DNA of 64,000 nucleotides from Eledone cirrhosa (lineage: Eukaryota): contig OZ024742.1 in assembly GCA_964016885.1 (NCBI GenBank), positions 200,818,001 to 200,882,000 of the forward strand, read 5' to 3'. The notes under the pieces are model-generated. The model ran no database searches. It worked only from the letters and a program-made list of their open reading frames with translations, and was not told the DNA's origin. Within the stretch, counting starts at the first letter, position 1, and each line of letters begins with the position of its first letter. Shown in pieces: positions 24,010-43,487 of this stretch. A program made the translations under genes and the position numbers.

Positions 24010-24821
24010 TCTGTATATATATAAAATTAAGTATGTGTGTGTCTGTGTGTCTGTGTATTACCTATAGGGGCCTACATCTTATGACCGATTTTCATGAAAC
24101 TTTACAGGCTCATAGATTAGTCAGCAGGGAGTGTTTTCGATATATCAGCGTATCTTTTTTTTTTATTCCGGGGTCATTCTGCAGATAAAAATCGATAGGG
24201 GGGGGCACCTTTTTTTAGGTATCGAAAAATAAGATTTTTGGCTCTAGCTCCCACATTTTGCCACTGATTTCGTTCAAATTTTAAAGCAAAATAGAATTTA
24301 TCATTGCACATCCTGTAATGGCTTTATATTTTGCATTTGTTGTTAAGGGACGGCGTAGCAGCCGTTTAAATATTCAAAAATACAACTTTTAGACTCAAAT
24401 TTCCACTTTTTCAGCTCTAGCTCCTACATTAATCAACCTACTTTGTTCAAATTTTATACTACGCTTGATCTGATTATTTTACGTCTTAAAGTGTCTTTAC
24501 ATTTTGGATTTTTTGTTCAGGACCGGCGTGGCAGCCGCTTAAATATTCGAAAATACCACCTTTTCGCTCAAACTTACGCCTTTTCGGCTCTAGCTCCCAC
24601 ATTTTTCAGCCGATTTCGTTTAAATTCGAAACTCCCTCCCCCAGCATGCCTCTTCGTCAGTCACCCGTGTTTCTCAGTGATAGAGGTCATCACCACCCTC
24701 CCCCGCATGGCCTGTGTGTGGCCATAGATGAGTCATCGAGAAGCAGTCACTAAGATCAACACCTTTCCATCAAAGCAGGTATTATTTTACCTACCCAGGC
24801 AACGCTGGGTACTGCTGCTAG
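24010..24821 (+). mobile_element. Non-autonomous Helitron
   Basis: A|TC 5' end; 3' hairpin CCCAGGCAACGCTGGG then CTAG|T; internal ~173-bp repeats (GCTCTAGCTCC at 24241, 24414, 24587). Confidence 0.8.
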
Positions 24822-25067
24822 TACATAATAATTTGGATAAGCCCCATATTTGGTTATGACCACAGGTCACCGAAAGTCCCGGTTATATCTGTAGAAAGAT
24901 CCTACATCATATTATATATAAAAAAAAGCTCCTTCCAGATTTTAATTTCTCTCCCCTCATGTTTTCTGTTCCTTTCACTCTCACTACGTTTCAGATCAGA
25001 ATAACTTTATCTCTTTCAATTTACATGAATAATCTCGAGCTCAACATTACTCAGAAGCGATTAAAAT

Positions 25068-25262
25068 ACGAGGTTCGGCTGGAAATTCCATAGGCTGACT
25101 ATGAAGGATTGATGCTAGAGCTGTGAAATCTTGCATGCATTAATTTGAACTGTTTTGTTTTTAATAACTGCATTGTTTCTTTCTAGGGAGTATGTTGAAA
25201 AATAAATCTCATTTGGTCATTCCATGAGAGTGTCTTGGTCAGCATAGCAACTTTTCAGCCTA
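25068..25262. mobile_element. Mariner-derived MITE remnant (related copy at ~44968-45120)
   Basis: TA-CGAGGTTCGGCTGGAAATTCC at the start and AACTTTTCAGCC at the end; internal GAGAGTGTCTTGGTCAGC is shared with ~45010-45030. Confidence 0.55.
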
Positions 25263-26102
25263 TCAACCTTTCAACCGTCCAATCATTCTTAAGAAATTAA
25301 CAAGAAATAAAGTTGACTCATCCTTTGAATTATTCTTTTCACTATGAAATAATGAAATACGCAATAGATTTTCTCCTCCTCGGCAATGGTGAATCAATCG
25401 GTAAAATTAAATTAACTTACAAACCTAAATGACAATGTTGTAATTATAGGGCACTTGTCATTATTCCTATGCACTTTCGTGTCTCGAATACCCCACTGCC
25501 CTAAGGCTTATTAATTATTCAGATCCTCCCGCCCCACTTTTTAAATTTTCCTAATCCGCCCCTGCCGAAATTTTACATTAAGTTGTAGCATTCTGCGACA
25601 ATTAATTTTCTTTATACATGACAAAAATAAAGTACATTACTAAAACTCTCCTACGTTATGAAACAAATAGGAAAGGTCTCAAAATGTGAAGTAAACGACA
25701 AATTCTTTGTTTTTTTTAATCAGTGGAGACAACGTAGAAAAAATTATTGATTTTCAATTCCCCACCTTTTTCCAACTCCCTACTTCCCGCCAATCATTTT
25801 GAAGCCGAGAGTATATGTCTAAATTCTGATATTGGTAGAACGCTCGATATTATGTTCGTATTTTTGTTAGCCATTCATCTTTGACATATATTTTATTCAA
25901 CTATATTATTATATTGCTAGCAGGGAAAGCGGACGTTAAAACGACGACGATGATGATATTATATAATAATTATATATATATATGTATATATGTATATATG
26001 TATATTTGTAAGTATATATATATATACATATATGTATATTTGTAAGTATATATATACATACATATATGTATATTTGTAAGTATATATATACATACATATA
26101 TG

Positions 26103-26147
<45 letters not shown>

Positions 26148-26151
26148 ATAT

Positions 26152-26195
<44 letters not shown>

Positions 26196-26308
26196 ATCTA
26201 TATATATACTTACAAACATATATACATATATATATTCACAAACATATATACATATATATATATAACTATTATATAATATCATCATCCTCATCGTCGTCGT
26301 CGTCGTTT

Positions 26309-26401
26309 GGGTGTCCCCTAAAAATGTATACACCCTTAATAAAATTGTATTAAATATTGCCTGTACATGTAATCAAAGGATTTATACATTTTTTGGACAC
26401 C

Positions 26402-26404
<3 letters not shown>
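26309..26404. mobile_element. Tiny Tc1/mariner-like MITE
   Basis: GGGTGTCCCCTAAAAATGTATA ... TATACATTTTTTGGACACCCTG-TA. Confidence 0.5.
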
Positions 26405-26439
<35 letters not shown>

Positions 26440-26546
26440 CGAAGGAATTGTGGTAAGGAACCAGATGGACCATAACGCACCAGAGTACTCAATACTTAGG
26501 GTAGTAGAGTGGGTAATACGAGAAAGTATGAACTATGATACTTTCT

Positions 26547-26581
<35 letters not shown>

Positions 26582-26647
26582 GAAAGGTATAGAAAACATT
26601 GTAGCGAAAAGCCAACAGTATTCCATAATGTATATATAATTTATATT

Positions 26648-26701
<54 letters not shown>

Positions 26702-26756
26702 TGAGATTCTACAGGACTAGAACTGTTTCATTCTTTAGAAATCCTCATGAATCTCT

Positions 26757-26883
<127 letters not shown>

Positions 26884-27294
26884 TATGAAGAGAGAAGAAA
26901 CATTTAGATATAATTAGTAATAAAATGTATCATACCTAAACTGCTCCTAGATTCCTCGACTACGTAGTTTCGTGGCATAAACAAAAACAATACATCATAA
27001 AGATATAGAGTCCTTGCGAGGTCTGCCGACTTATCAAGAGGATACCTCATTTTACTAGTCTCAAGAACGCGTCTACACGACGTGAGAAAGAATCCCAAAA
27101 GGCGGAGGGGGAGATAGTCACGCGATATAACGGTCGAGAAACAGAGCTAAGCCTCTTATAACCCCGAAGAAAATACCACGGAAGCGGAGGGGGTATTTAT
27201 ATCGAAGCCGAGTTGGCACCCTTAACTCACGGTTAGGTGCGGATGCATTCATGTATATGTGTGTGTCCGCATGTATCTGTGTGTTTCTAAATAT

Positions 27295-27335
<41 letters not shown>

Positions 27336-27529
27336 ATACTTGGGGAGGGTCATATTTGTGTAATAATATTGCCATAATTAATAACAGAACACACTCACTG
27401 TTTGGTTGGTTTTCGCTTCTGTGTCTTTTATATCGGTTAATTTAATTTATTCGGTCCTCAATGTTGCCATTGACTGACCAACGGTCAAAAATACAGATAC
27501 AATATAGACACAAACACATATATATAGTG

Positions 27530-27576
27530 TAGCAAAGTGCTTTCGTTGCACATCTGCAACATCGTCAGTGGTGCTA
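27530..27576 (-). ncRNA. Minimal hammerhead motif in pLTR
   Basis: Minus strand TAGCACCA-CTGACGA-T-GTTGCA-GATG-TGCAAC-GAAAGCACTT-TGCTA. Confidence 0.55.
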
Positions 27577-29160
27577 TTATGTTTCCTCCCGTTGTATTGT
27601 ATGCCTACGCCATCTTTATTTAGTTTGTTTATTTATTTATTTGTTTTGTTTTTTTTTGTCCTCTCTGCGCATGCGTTTGCGTGTGTGTATAGTGTTTGAT
27701 GTGTAATGGTGTTTGGGTGACTGTGTATTGGTTATTGTATTCTATCTTAGTTTACTAATATTTTGTTTATATGTGTTTGTTGTTATTGTGCTTGTGTATG
27801 TATTTATTTATTTATTTATTTATTTATACTTCTCTTAGGTCAGTATTGTTTGTTTGGGTGTTGTTATTCCATTCATTTTTTCTGTTTAGCCTTGGCCTTC
27901 TAAGTTCTATTTCGCTGGCCTCTCTGATTTGCCTATCTGCTGGGCCATTTCTATGTTTAGATATTATTCTAATTTCTATGTTGCCTGTGTTACCGTCGTG
28001 TTGTTGTCTGGCATGTTCGTATAGTACTGAACCGTTTTTTTCGTCCTTTTAGTTCCCCAGTGTTGGTCTATCCTTTCACCTATGCTACGAGCTGTCTCGC
28101 CTATGTATGTTGTGGTCATGTTTTCTGCAAGTACCCTCTGTACATCTTATGCTCTAGACTACATTTTTAGTTTTACAGTTTATCCGGGGGTTTACTTTAC
28201 ATATAATACATTTCCTATTAGTATAGTGGGTTTTCTTAAAAGGGTAGGTTTTGCTGATCAGGGATTTTATGGTGGTTCCTGGCTTTTCTAGCACCTTAAT
28301 CTTTAAGTGGGTCTTTCTTAGGGCCTTTCTACACTGGTTAGCAAATTTCCCTCCAGGGGTAGCGTCCACAAACATGACACTCTGATATCTTTGGTTGTCG
28401 TACCATGAGGTGGCTTTCCCTATCTTATGTCTAGTCCTATCTAAGCTATTCCGTGATTTTCTCCTCTATAATGGGCAAATTCCTTTCATGCCCAGTTCTA
28501 TGAGGGTCTTATACTTCTCCGTGGCTCCTTCGTATACTCTGATTCTGTCTCTTTGGTTGTAGCCAGAAACGTAGTCTATAGCATGAGATGTACAGAGGGT
28601 ACTTGCAGAAACATGACAACAACATACATAGGTGAGACAGCCCGTAGCATAGGTGAAAGGATATACCAACACTGGGGGAACTAAAAGGACGAAAAAACGG
28701 TTCTGTACTATACGAACATGCCAGACAACAACACGACGGTAACATAGACAATATAGAAATTAGAATAATATCTAAACATAGAAATGGCCCAGCAGATAGG
28801 CAAATCAGAGAGGCCAGCGAAATAGAACTTAGAAGGCCAAGGCTAAACAGAAAAAATGAATGGAATAACAACACCCAAACAAACAATACTGACCTAAGAG
28901 AAGTATAAATAAATAAATAAATAAATAAATACATACACAAGCACAATAACAACAAACACATATAAACACACACTAGTAAACTAAGATAGAATACAATAAC
29001 CAATACACAGTCACCCAAACACGAACACACATAAAACACTATACACACAATCACACGCATGCGCAGAGAAGACAAAAAATATATATAAATAAATAAACAA
29101 ATAAATAAACAGACTAAATAAAGATGGCGTAGGCATACAATACAACGGGAGAAAACATAA

Positions 29161-29207
29161 TAGCACCACTGACGATGTTGCAGATGTGCCACGAAAGAAC
29201 TTTGTTA
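29161..29207 (+). ncRNA. Minimal hammerhead motif in pLTR (mutated copy)
   Basis: CTGACGATGTTGCAGATGTGCCACGAAAGAACTT. Confidence 0.5.
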
Positions 29208-29863
29208 GACTATATATATGTGTTTGTGTCTATATTGTATCTGTATTTTTGACCGTTGGTCAGTCAATGGTAACATTGAGGACCGAATAAATTAAATTAA
29301 CCGATATAAAAGACGCAGAAGCGAAAACCAACAAAACAGTGAGTGTGTTCTGCTATTAATTCTGGCAATATTATTACACCAATATGACCCTCCCCAAGTA
29401 TAACAATATTTGTTTCGACACACGATTTCATATCAAAAACCTAGCAAAACTAATTCATCGCCGTTATATATATACACCAGATACTCTCTCCCCCTCGCTC
29501 TCTTTCTCATAAACACACACAAAGCAAGCATAGACACGCATAGACCCGCAGCTACACACCATCACCATGACCGATATTTTTTACTTTCAGGTCTAGCATA
29601 TATCTGCACATAATTGCACACACGTACACATCTCACCTACACATACAAACGCACAGACACACGCACAAACACGCACCAAACACACGTATATATTCACACA
29701 TTCATATATGTATATATATATACAGATATGCATACAGACGTATATAGACGGAGACACAAAGACACACAGACGCACACACTCGTAGACACACAGACTCATC
29801 TATATACACCCACATCTCTCTCTATATATACATATATAAATTTATACTATATAACACACACAC

Positions 29864-30650
<787 letters not shown>

Positions 30651-30936
30651 TGCATATGTATATCTCACCAGATATAGCTTGAAGCATATTTTCGAAGATA
30701 TAAAACAGTCTGTAGCTAAATATACTACAGAGTGTGTTATTTCTATAAACATTTCATCATGTAAAACATGATGTTTCAGACGGTTTTAGTGGAGAGATTT
30801 GTTTACTCTGTCGACAGGATGTTCGAAAATACGGTGCAATACCCAGAACACACTCAATTTTAGATGTAGAAGGGTTCTTATATATCCGTTATAATTGTTT
30901 GTACACCTATATAAATATAAATATAAATATACATAA

Positions 30937-30980
<44 letters not shown>

Positions 30981-31128
30981 TTATATATAAGTATAAGTAT
31001 GCGTCAATATATCTTCTGTTTGTCTGTCTTTCTATTAGTGTGTGTTTGTATATATATATATATATATATATATAGACATATATAAATATATACATATATA
31101 TATTTTTGCGTATATATATATATGTGTT

Positions 31129-31182
<54 letters not shown>

Positions 31183-31199
31183 TTTGCAAAAAATTCAAA

Positions 31200-31538
31200 A
31201 AGTTCAAAGGCCCCACTCGGTCACGAATGACCATGGTTTTGCACCTAGAAAGTTTCCCTCCGAGGCACAAGCCTGGGAAAGGTTGTTTGAGGAAGACCAT
31301 TAGTCACCCATGCATACCAGCCTCCCCTCTCCAAGCCACCGATGTTGTCCAAGGGAAAGGCAATGACCGATACACCTTGGTACCAGTGACGTTGAAACTC
31401 ATTTCTACAGCTGAGTGAACTGGAGCAACGGGAAATAAAGTGTCTTGCTCAAGGACACAAAGAATCACCGGTCCGAGAATCGAACTCACAAACTTTTAAT
31501 TGCAAGCCCAATGCTCTAACCACTGAGTCATGCACCTT
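31200..31538 (-). mobile_element. tRNA-derived SINE, third family
   Basis: Minus-strand tRNA-like head (GACTCAGTGGTTAGAGCATTGGGC...GTTCGATTCTC); central segment shared with 2865-2890. Confidence 0.75.
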
Positions 31539-32271
31539 CACACAAAATTAGAATACACACTAAACTACCAATTTTACACATCAAAATCAGCTTGACACAA
31601 GTAATTGTATTAATAAGTTATATAAACAGATATTAAATTAAAACATCTAACCATCCTAAAACTAAAAAGCCCTGCAGCGTGCACGAATAAATTTGTTCAA
31701 CTGTCATTGGTGGGACCTGCCCCGCTTTGCCCCCAACCCTTTAAATCCGGACCTGGTTCCCACCAATTAATGGGTTACAAATTCTTATTTTCAACATACT
31801 GGCTGCTCAAAATCGATGACGAAAGGAACCACGAATTCTACATTGGTAGCTGGATACAAGCGATAGCATTGAATGCTCAAATTGGTGAACGAATAATAAC
31901 TGAACATTACACACTTGCTGGAAGTAGGTGGGTGTGCTGGTCACCACCTTTAGAATCCATAGGTAAAGGCTTATCCGTAAAAATATCGTATATTATTCGA
32001 TATACAAACCTTTTATTCATGTATGTATACAGATATGTTGCAGCGAACATCTTAATTCTATTTTTTCTTCAGCTAGCCTAATGCTCCGTATGCAAATGAG
32101 ACTAATCAGCTCATATACGTAAGCGTTACAACTATATGTTTGCAGCTCATTTGTATTCCAGAAAGAGGCTGTTTGTATAATTACAAAGGAATCGAATATT
32201 ATTATTAATATTCGAAAAACTCAGATTTACATTTCTTGTATTCAACCATGTAGAGCGATAAAAACAATTTG

Positions 32272-32302
<31 letters not shown>

Positions 32303-32306
<4 letters not shown>

Positions 32307-32759
32307 AAGTTATATTTAAAATTGTTGGGTTACAACTAGTAAATATTTATAACTGATATAAAAGCACTCGACAAATATTTGGAGTATATTTACAATATTA
32401 AATAAATGGAAAACTATATTTATAAAACCATATTTATTTCATTATATATATTTCGGGGATATCATATTAACAATATGCTATGCCTTCATCAGACAAAATA
32501 CAATATAAACAGTTATATAGATAAATATATTCGACATACCGTAATAAACATCGACTTCATTTGAAGAGGTTTACGCTAGCAGTAAACCTCTTCAAATGAA
32601 GTCGATGTTTATTACGGTATGTCGAATATATTTATCTATAAAACTGTTTATATTGTATTTTGTCTGATGAAGGCATAGCATATTGTTAATATGATATCCC
32701 CGAAATATATATAATGAAATAAATATGGTTTTATAAATATAGTTTTCCATTTATTTAAT

Positions 32760-32765
<6 letters not shown>
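32303..32765. mobile_element. Fold-back hammerhead element, second copy of the 21871 family in opposite orientation
   Basis: Arms 32391-32574 and 32582-32765; CTGATGA at ~32664. Confidence 0.85.
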
Positions 32766-32801
<36 letters not shown>

Positions 32802-32944
32802 TATAGCTAAAAAATGGCAATAGAAACACAGGAGTTCAAAAAGACAAAGTCTTATTAGTTTCACGCTTAGGAGGAAGAAGAGGATACCTATCACCGTTGT
32901 TGAGGGAGTGGGATTGGTCCTGTGTAAGGCCTTTTTTCACTTAA

Positions 32945-33145
32945 AAAAAGTTTCAAGCGCAGGCATCACTTGATCTAAACGACTTTCACGTATTTTGTGT
33001 GAGCATGGCCTTTTCCTTTTTCTTTCGCTGCAGCATATGCAGAAACGAATCTAAGTCAATGGGGCTCTGAAAAAATATGTTCATGCAACCCATGTATGAA
33101 AAAGATCAAAGGAAGGCAATTCTCGAAACCGAGATACAGTCATTA
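32945..33145. repeat. Unclassified dispersed repeat (second copy at ~1555-1750)
   Basis: Shared GCATCACTTGATCTAAACGACTTTCACGT...GGCAATTCTC. Confidence 0.7.
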
Positions 33146-33579
33146 TGTTTGAACATATGTCGTGGCCAACGAAACGAATCACCATCGGCTTTTCTTGCTT
33201 CAATATTTGCTGTAGCGACTTTTCTTCCGTGCTTCAACAGCACCAAGGTTTGATCTTTCATTGGTTGTTTCATGGTCTTATCTTTGCCACAATAGAAGCA
33301 GCATGGTTGAATGGTTAACATCTTAGCTTAGCAATCGATTCTACTGCGTAACCACTTGAACAAATGTTACCTATATAACCCCGAATAATTAGATCCATTC
33401 ATTTATTCATTCACATATCCTTCCACTATCCATCTACCCATCCAGTCACCTATCCATTCTTTCATCCACCCATACCTACAGATATAGAATCTGATAAAGG
33501 TCCAATCATAAATGGGAACTAAGTGACTTCAAACTTACACCAAGCTTTCTTCAGCTAACAGAAACTAAAGAACACGAGC

Positions 33580-34565
33580 CAGCAACACCCCTGGCGGTCA
33601 CCATCGTCACAACAAGCATCACCACCTACTACTACTACTACAACCTCCACCACCAGCGCTGCCTTCACCCCTACTACTAAAACCACCACCACCACCTCAA
33701 CACCTATTACTACAAACAATACCAGCACCTCAACCACCAACCCCATCAGTTCCAGCCTAATAATACTGGTCATCACCATTGGAACCACCACCACCACCAC
33801 CACCGCCACCACTTTTCTTTCCACTAAAATTTCCACAAATAAAAACAGTTATAACAGAACCACCACCGCCAACAGTGATACAAATAGCAGTAGCAGCAAC
33901 AACCACCACTACTACCACATACATCAGTACTACCATCACCACCAAGAACAACAGCAGTAGCAGTACCACCACTCTACCAACCCCACTACTACCGACATCA
34001 CCACCACAACCACCAGCATCACCACCACCAACAGTGGCAGCATAATCACCACCAAGAACAGCAGTAGTAGTATCAGCAGCAGCTTTACAAACCACTACCA
34101 CTACTACCAACATCATCACCGCCACCAACAGTAGCAGCAGCATCACCAACACAACTACCACTACTACCAACATCATCACCACCACCAACAGTAGCAGCAG
34201 CAGCTCCACCACCACCATCACCACCACCACCACCACCACCAAGAACAGCAGTAGCAGTATCAGCAGCAACATCACCAACACAACTACCACTACTACCAAC
34301 ATCATCACCGCCACCCCCAAGAACAGTAGTAGCAGCACCGCCATCAATAACAGCAGCAACATCACCAACACAACTACCACTGACACCAGCATCACCACCA
34401 CCACCACCAACAGTAGCAGCAGCAGCAGCATCGCCACCACGGACAGTAGTAGCAGTAGTATCAGCAGCAGTATCACCAACATGACTACCACTACTACCAA
34501 CAACATCCTCACCATCACCAAGAACAGCAGTAACAGCCCCTACACTACCACCATCGCCACAGCAA
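33580..34565. repeat. Degenerate (ACC)/(AGC) trinucleotide low-complexity tract
   Basis: Direct reading; internal ~60-bp re-duplications. Confidence 0.85.
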
Positions 34566-34948
34566 GAAAAATCCCAAGGGATTTACAAATTCACTGAAAT
34601 AGTACATTTGAAGGTGGAATGGCGTCGCTTTGGCTGGGGGATCTTAGTGGGGGTGAGAGAGAGAAGGAGTGGGGGGGACTGAGAAAAGCCGAGAGAGAGA
34701 GAGATACATAGAAGAGTTAGGATGAAGGGTGGATTGATATGCGTGTATACAGGAGTTGCAAAAGTGTAGAGTAAACGAGATGAAGAGAGAGAGAGAGAGG
34801 AAAAGGGAGAAGGAGAGGGTGTGAGAGAGAGAAAGGAAGGTGCTGGAAGAGGTGTAGGATGAGTGGATTGTGTCATGAAGCGAGAGAGAGATTGAAATGT
34901 CGGAGTATGGTGAAAGAAGCTAACGATTTGTGGCGAGAGTAGTGAGAG

Positions 34949-34987
<39 letters not shown>

Positions 34988-37457
34988 TTAGGGAAAGAGA
35001 GCTAAGGGTAGAGGGAGTTATGATACAGAGGGAGTAATGAGAGAGCAGAGTGAAAGAAAGTAAACTAAAGGAGAGAGATTGTGAAAGAGAGAGTGTGTGT
35101 GTGCGAGAGAGAGAGTGAATGAGGGAGTTAATGAGGGAGAGATAAAGATTTAAGGGGAGTGGTAGATGTTAAGTGTAAGAAATAATTAATATAGAGAAAG
35201 AAATATGGGGTGTGGTGATAGGTATCCGTGTAGGTGGAGTAGCAGGAGGAAGGATAAAAAGAGGGAACAAAGAAAAGAAGAGAGAGAATGAATGAGTGAG
35301 TGAGAGAGAGGGGATGTATATATATATTGTTTATCTGCTCAATACAAAGCTTAACCACTTCCGTGTACACAACGTTCAATTCTAGGATGAAATGTTATGT
35401 GGCTTTTTAGACCAGACATACTTTTAAAAAGAGGTTCTCATAAATTGCATATTAATTTTAGTGCAGCTTGAACTGCCATTTGATCTTGATGAGCATTGAT
35501 ATATCTATCTCTTGAACCCTCTTTGAGATATATTTACATACATGGAGAAATAGTGACACAAAATATTGCCCTATCATAAATCCCATTAGACCTCCCAAAC
35601 GATAACTGGGCACAAGAAGTGTGTTTCAACTACCGCTTCCTATGGAGTCATTAAAAATGGCGGTATCAGCGGAAGCAAAACAGAGGTATAGAGAAAGGCA
35701 GTAGATGTGGGAAGTGTAATGGAAACCATCTTGAAATATAATAATCCTTCCGAATCCCCTAAAAGAATTTATGTAGATATAGATATGTTTTTGTCGAACC
35801 GACTTTAGGTGTGTGTCATTCGGTGTTGTGGGTATTCGTGGTATTTGCATGTGGTGTTCATGTGTGAGGAATGGAGTGGGTCTATGTGTGTTCATTTAAA
35901 CGGATCACGCTTCAAACTTCGTGTTCTCGTTTCGAACCCATTGCGTGATCTCTTGGCCAAGTCTCATTCACTACAGACTCGCGTCGACCCATGCCTTATG
36001 AGTGAATTTGAATTGCCAGAAACTGTTTGGAAGCCCAGGAGTATGTATTAACAATTACACTACAGGTTAATAATTAACTACAGGTTAATAATTCCCTTTT
36101 TTTAGAAGACACGTGTAAACACCAGCTTAACTTAAACAGCATTTGGAAAATTTGTACCTTGAAATGTAATCGTTCCAACGCAAACAAAAATATTTACTGC
36201 CTAGCATTATAAATACAATTTGAGAAAATCTGGCTAGGTACACAATGAGAAGGAAAAAATATACATAGAGAAGCTTGCGAGGGATCGAAAACACATCTAT
36301 CGGTAACTAAAGAAATTGCAATAACCAGTACACTAACAAGCCAGTTACTACGAAGGCAGTCTTTATGGAAGATTTTAAGCCTTCTTAGTCAACCAGTTTT
36401 TTTTTATAGGTGATAGTGTTTATAATATTGTATGTTTTGGCATTGGTTTTTGTATGCAAGAGTGGTGTTAGTCAGGAGTCTGTTGTGTGTTTGGTGATGT
36501 TTGTTTCTGAGTGAGTGTATATTTTTGGATAGTTCGGCGTGTCTGGCGTGTCATATAATTGCTTAGGGTGTTTAATAAAGGATTAGAATTTTGCCGAAAC
36601 AGTTGGCATTTTTAATGAGGTCAGTTAGAAGAGCTTGGAAGGATTCGAGTTCCTTAGTTTTAGGCTGTTCATTTCCGTAATTTAGTTTAAATATTATACA
36701 AATGCATCTGATGACATAGAAGTGTTTACATCTGGAAACCGCTGGCAATGCGGAATGCGGGGTTAAGTCAAGCTGGTTATATAAATACTATATATATATA
36801 TATATATATATATATGGCTGACTGAATACGCACGGTATTTCTAACTCTATCTTTTGATGAAGCACGAGTGTCCGAAACGTTTGACTCTCTTGCTTCTATT
36901 TCAAGTTTTAAACTAATATCTTTCTTTCATGTACTCTGCCGTTTGTTTTATTATTTGTGTTATTTCTGTTTACCTCTTACACACACGCACATGCAGCACC
37001 CCCCCCCCCCGCCCATATATATATATTTACATATATACATATATATATATTTGTACCTTTATATATATATATACATCTGTGTATCAATTGTGGGACGTTT
37101 ATAAAAAAAAGCACAAAGGCATAGAAGCAGACACAGTCACATAAACAGAAACACAGACAGACATACAAACACACAGACACACACCAACACATATATATAT
37201 ATTTGCATGTCTTATCGATTAGCATCAATTTATTAAAGCAAATCTATTGCATGCATAGCTTTCGGTTTGGTCAATTTTATCGATGCAATTTTTAGCACTT
37301 GTCTTTAATTATAAGCAGAATATGCCTGATATTATCCCAGGAGCTGACTTTAATGGAATTCGGCGTATCAAAATTTGCTGAGTTAAGCCCAGTAAATATA
37401 TATATTATTTCTTTCTTTTTGAAGTAGGCCAATGTAGTTATTTGCATTAATGAATAG

Positions 37458-38120
<663 letters not shown>

Positions 38121-38301
38121 ATTTACGAGTAGACTATACATTATATTCGTTCTGTAGAGATATAAACAGCCCCTATCATATTTTATGTTGTATTATATAT
38201 GTATACACCAAGACACAGATACATACTCTCAAACTGAAGTAAGCAAATGTATGTATTTATTTATATATGTACGTATGCATGTATCTATCTATCTATCTAT
38301 A

Positions 38302-42339
<4,038 letters not shown>

Positions 42340-42520
42340 AAAAGAGTCAGGACCCCGACGACTGAGTTGCGGCCGTTTTGACAGCTATCGAAAGGGCTGC
42401 AGCTTAGCCGTCGGTGCCCTGACTCTTTTCCTATTACCCACTCTACTACCCTAAGTATCGAATACTCTGGTGCGTCATTATGGTCCACCTGGTTCCTTAC
42501 CACACTTCCTTCGTTATATA

Positions 42521-42577
<57 letters not shown>

Positions 42578-42621
42578 TTGTGTGTTGCGTGTTTGTGTGT
42601 GTGTAAATATATATAAGTAAA

Positions 42622-43487
42622 CGAGGTGTGTCAGAAAAGTTTCAGGACTGATGTCACAAAAGATTTATTTGAAAGCCAAACTTCACATCAAGAGTTTTCT
42701 CCTTCAAAGTAATCCCCCTGGAGTCTAATGCACTTTTCTATCCTTTTCTACCACGCTTGCATGCACTCCTGGAAGGATTCTTCCGGGATCCTCCGCTGTT
42801 CCGTCGTCACGGCCTTTTTGATGGATGTCGTCCATGTCTTCAAAACGGGTCCCCTCCTGGTCGTACTAGAAGATCCATGACTCATCACCGGTGATGACTG
42901 TCCCTAGCAAGTCTGGCTCGGTTTCAAGACACTCGAGGATGTCCTGGCACACTTGCATGCGTCAGCCCTTCTGCAGTTTTGGCTCCATCTTCGCGCAGAC
43001 TTTCCGCATGACCAAATCTTTAGTGAGAATCTTCCAGACACTGTCCCGATTCATGCCCATCTCATTTGCCATCAGTCGAACAGTCAGCCGACGATCGCTA
43101 CGAACCATCTGCTTGACGCGCTCAACGTTGACCTCAGTCCTGGCTGTTGAGGGCCTTCCGCTCCTGGGGTCATCTTCCACGTCCTCGCGTCCTTTTTTAA
43201 ACTCTCCATACACTTGCTGCAGCAATCTCAGTACTTCTGATGGAGTTTTTCCCCAACCGTACCAGAAACTTCAAGTTTGTTCATTGCTCTGTGCTCATTG
43301 CTTGACGATCTGAAACAGAGGACAAGTATATAAAATTATGATGAAAAAATTTGATCGCTGCAGAGAGCTATGATTACATTTACATACTCCAGGGGGATTA
43401 TTTTGAAGGAGAAAACTGTCAGAGTGAAGTTTGGGTTTTAATAAATCTTTTGTGATATCAGTCCTGGAACTTTTCTGACATAACTCG
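42622..43487 (-). mobile_element. Mariner transposon, internally deleted
   Basis: TIRs CGAGGTGTGTCAGAAAAGTTTCAGGACTGAT / ATCAGTCCTGGAACTTTTCTGACATAACTCG-TA; transposase remnant FKKGREDVEDDPRSGRPST...DRRLTVR; C-terminal GDYFEG. Confidence 0.9.

Larger units (their letters stand above)
27330..29465. mobile_element. Penelope-like element remnant as two divergent inverted copies
   Basis: Minus copy 27330-28570 (MFVDATPGGKFA...CIICK...NVV, homologous to the 5028 ORF) and plus copy 28570-29465 (YIGETARSIG, pLTR); frameshifted. Confidence 0.88.

Noticed and set aside
31470-31538. tRNA gene
   Set aside because: It is a degenerate tRNA-like head continuous with a SINE body, and no complete cloverleaf is visible
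33106-33321. 71-aa ORF as a host exon
   Set aside because: It overlaps a dispersed repeat and has no recognisable domain or clear splice sites
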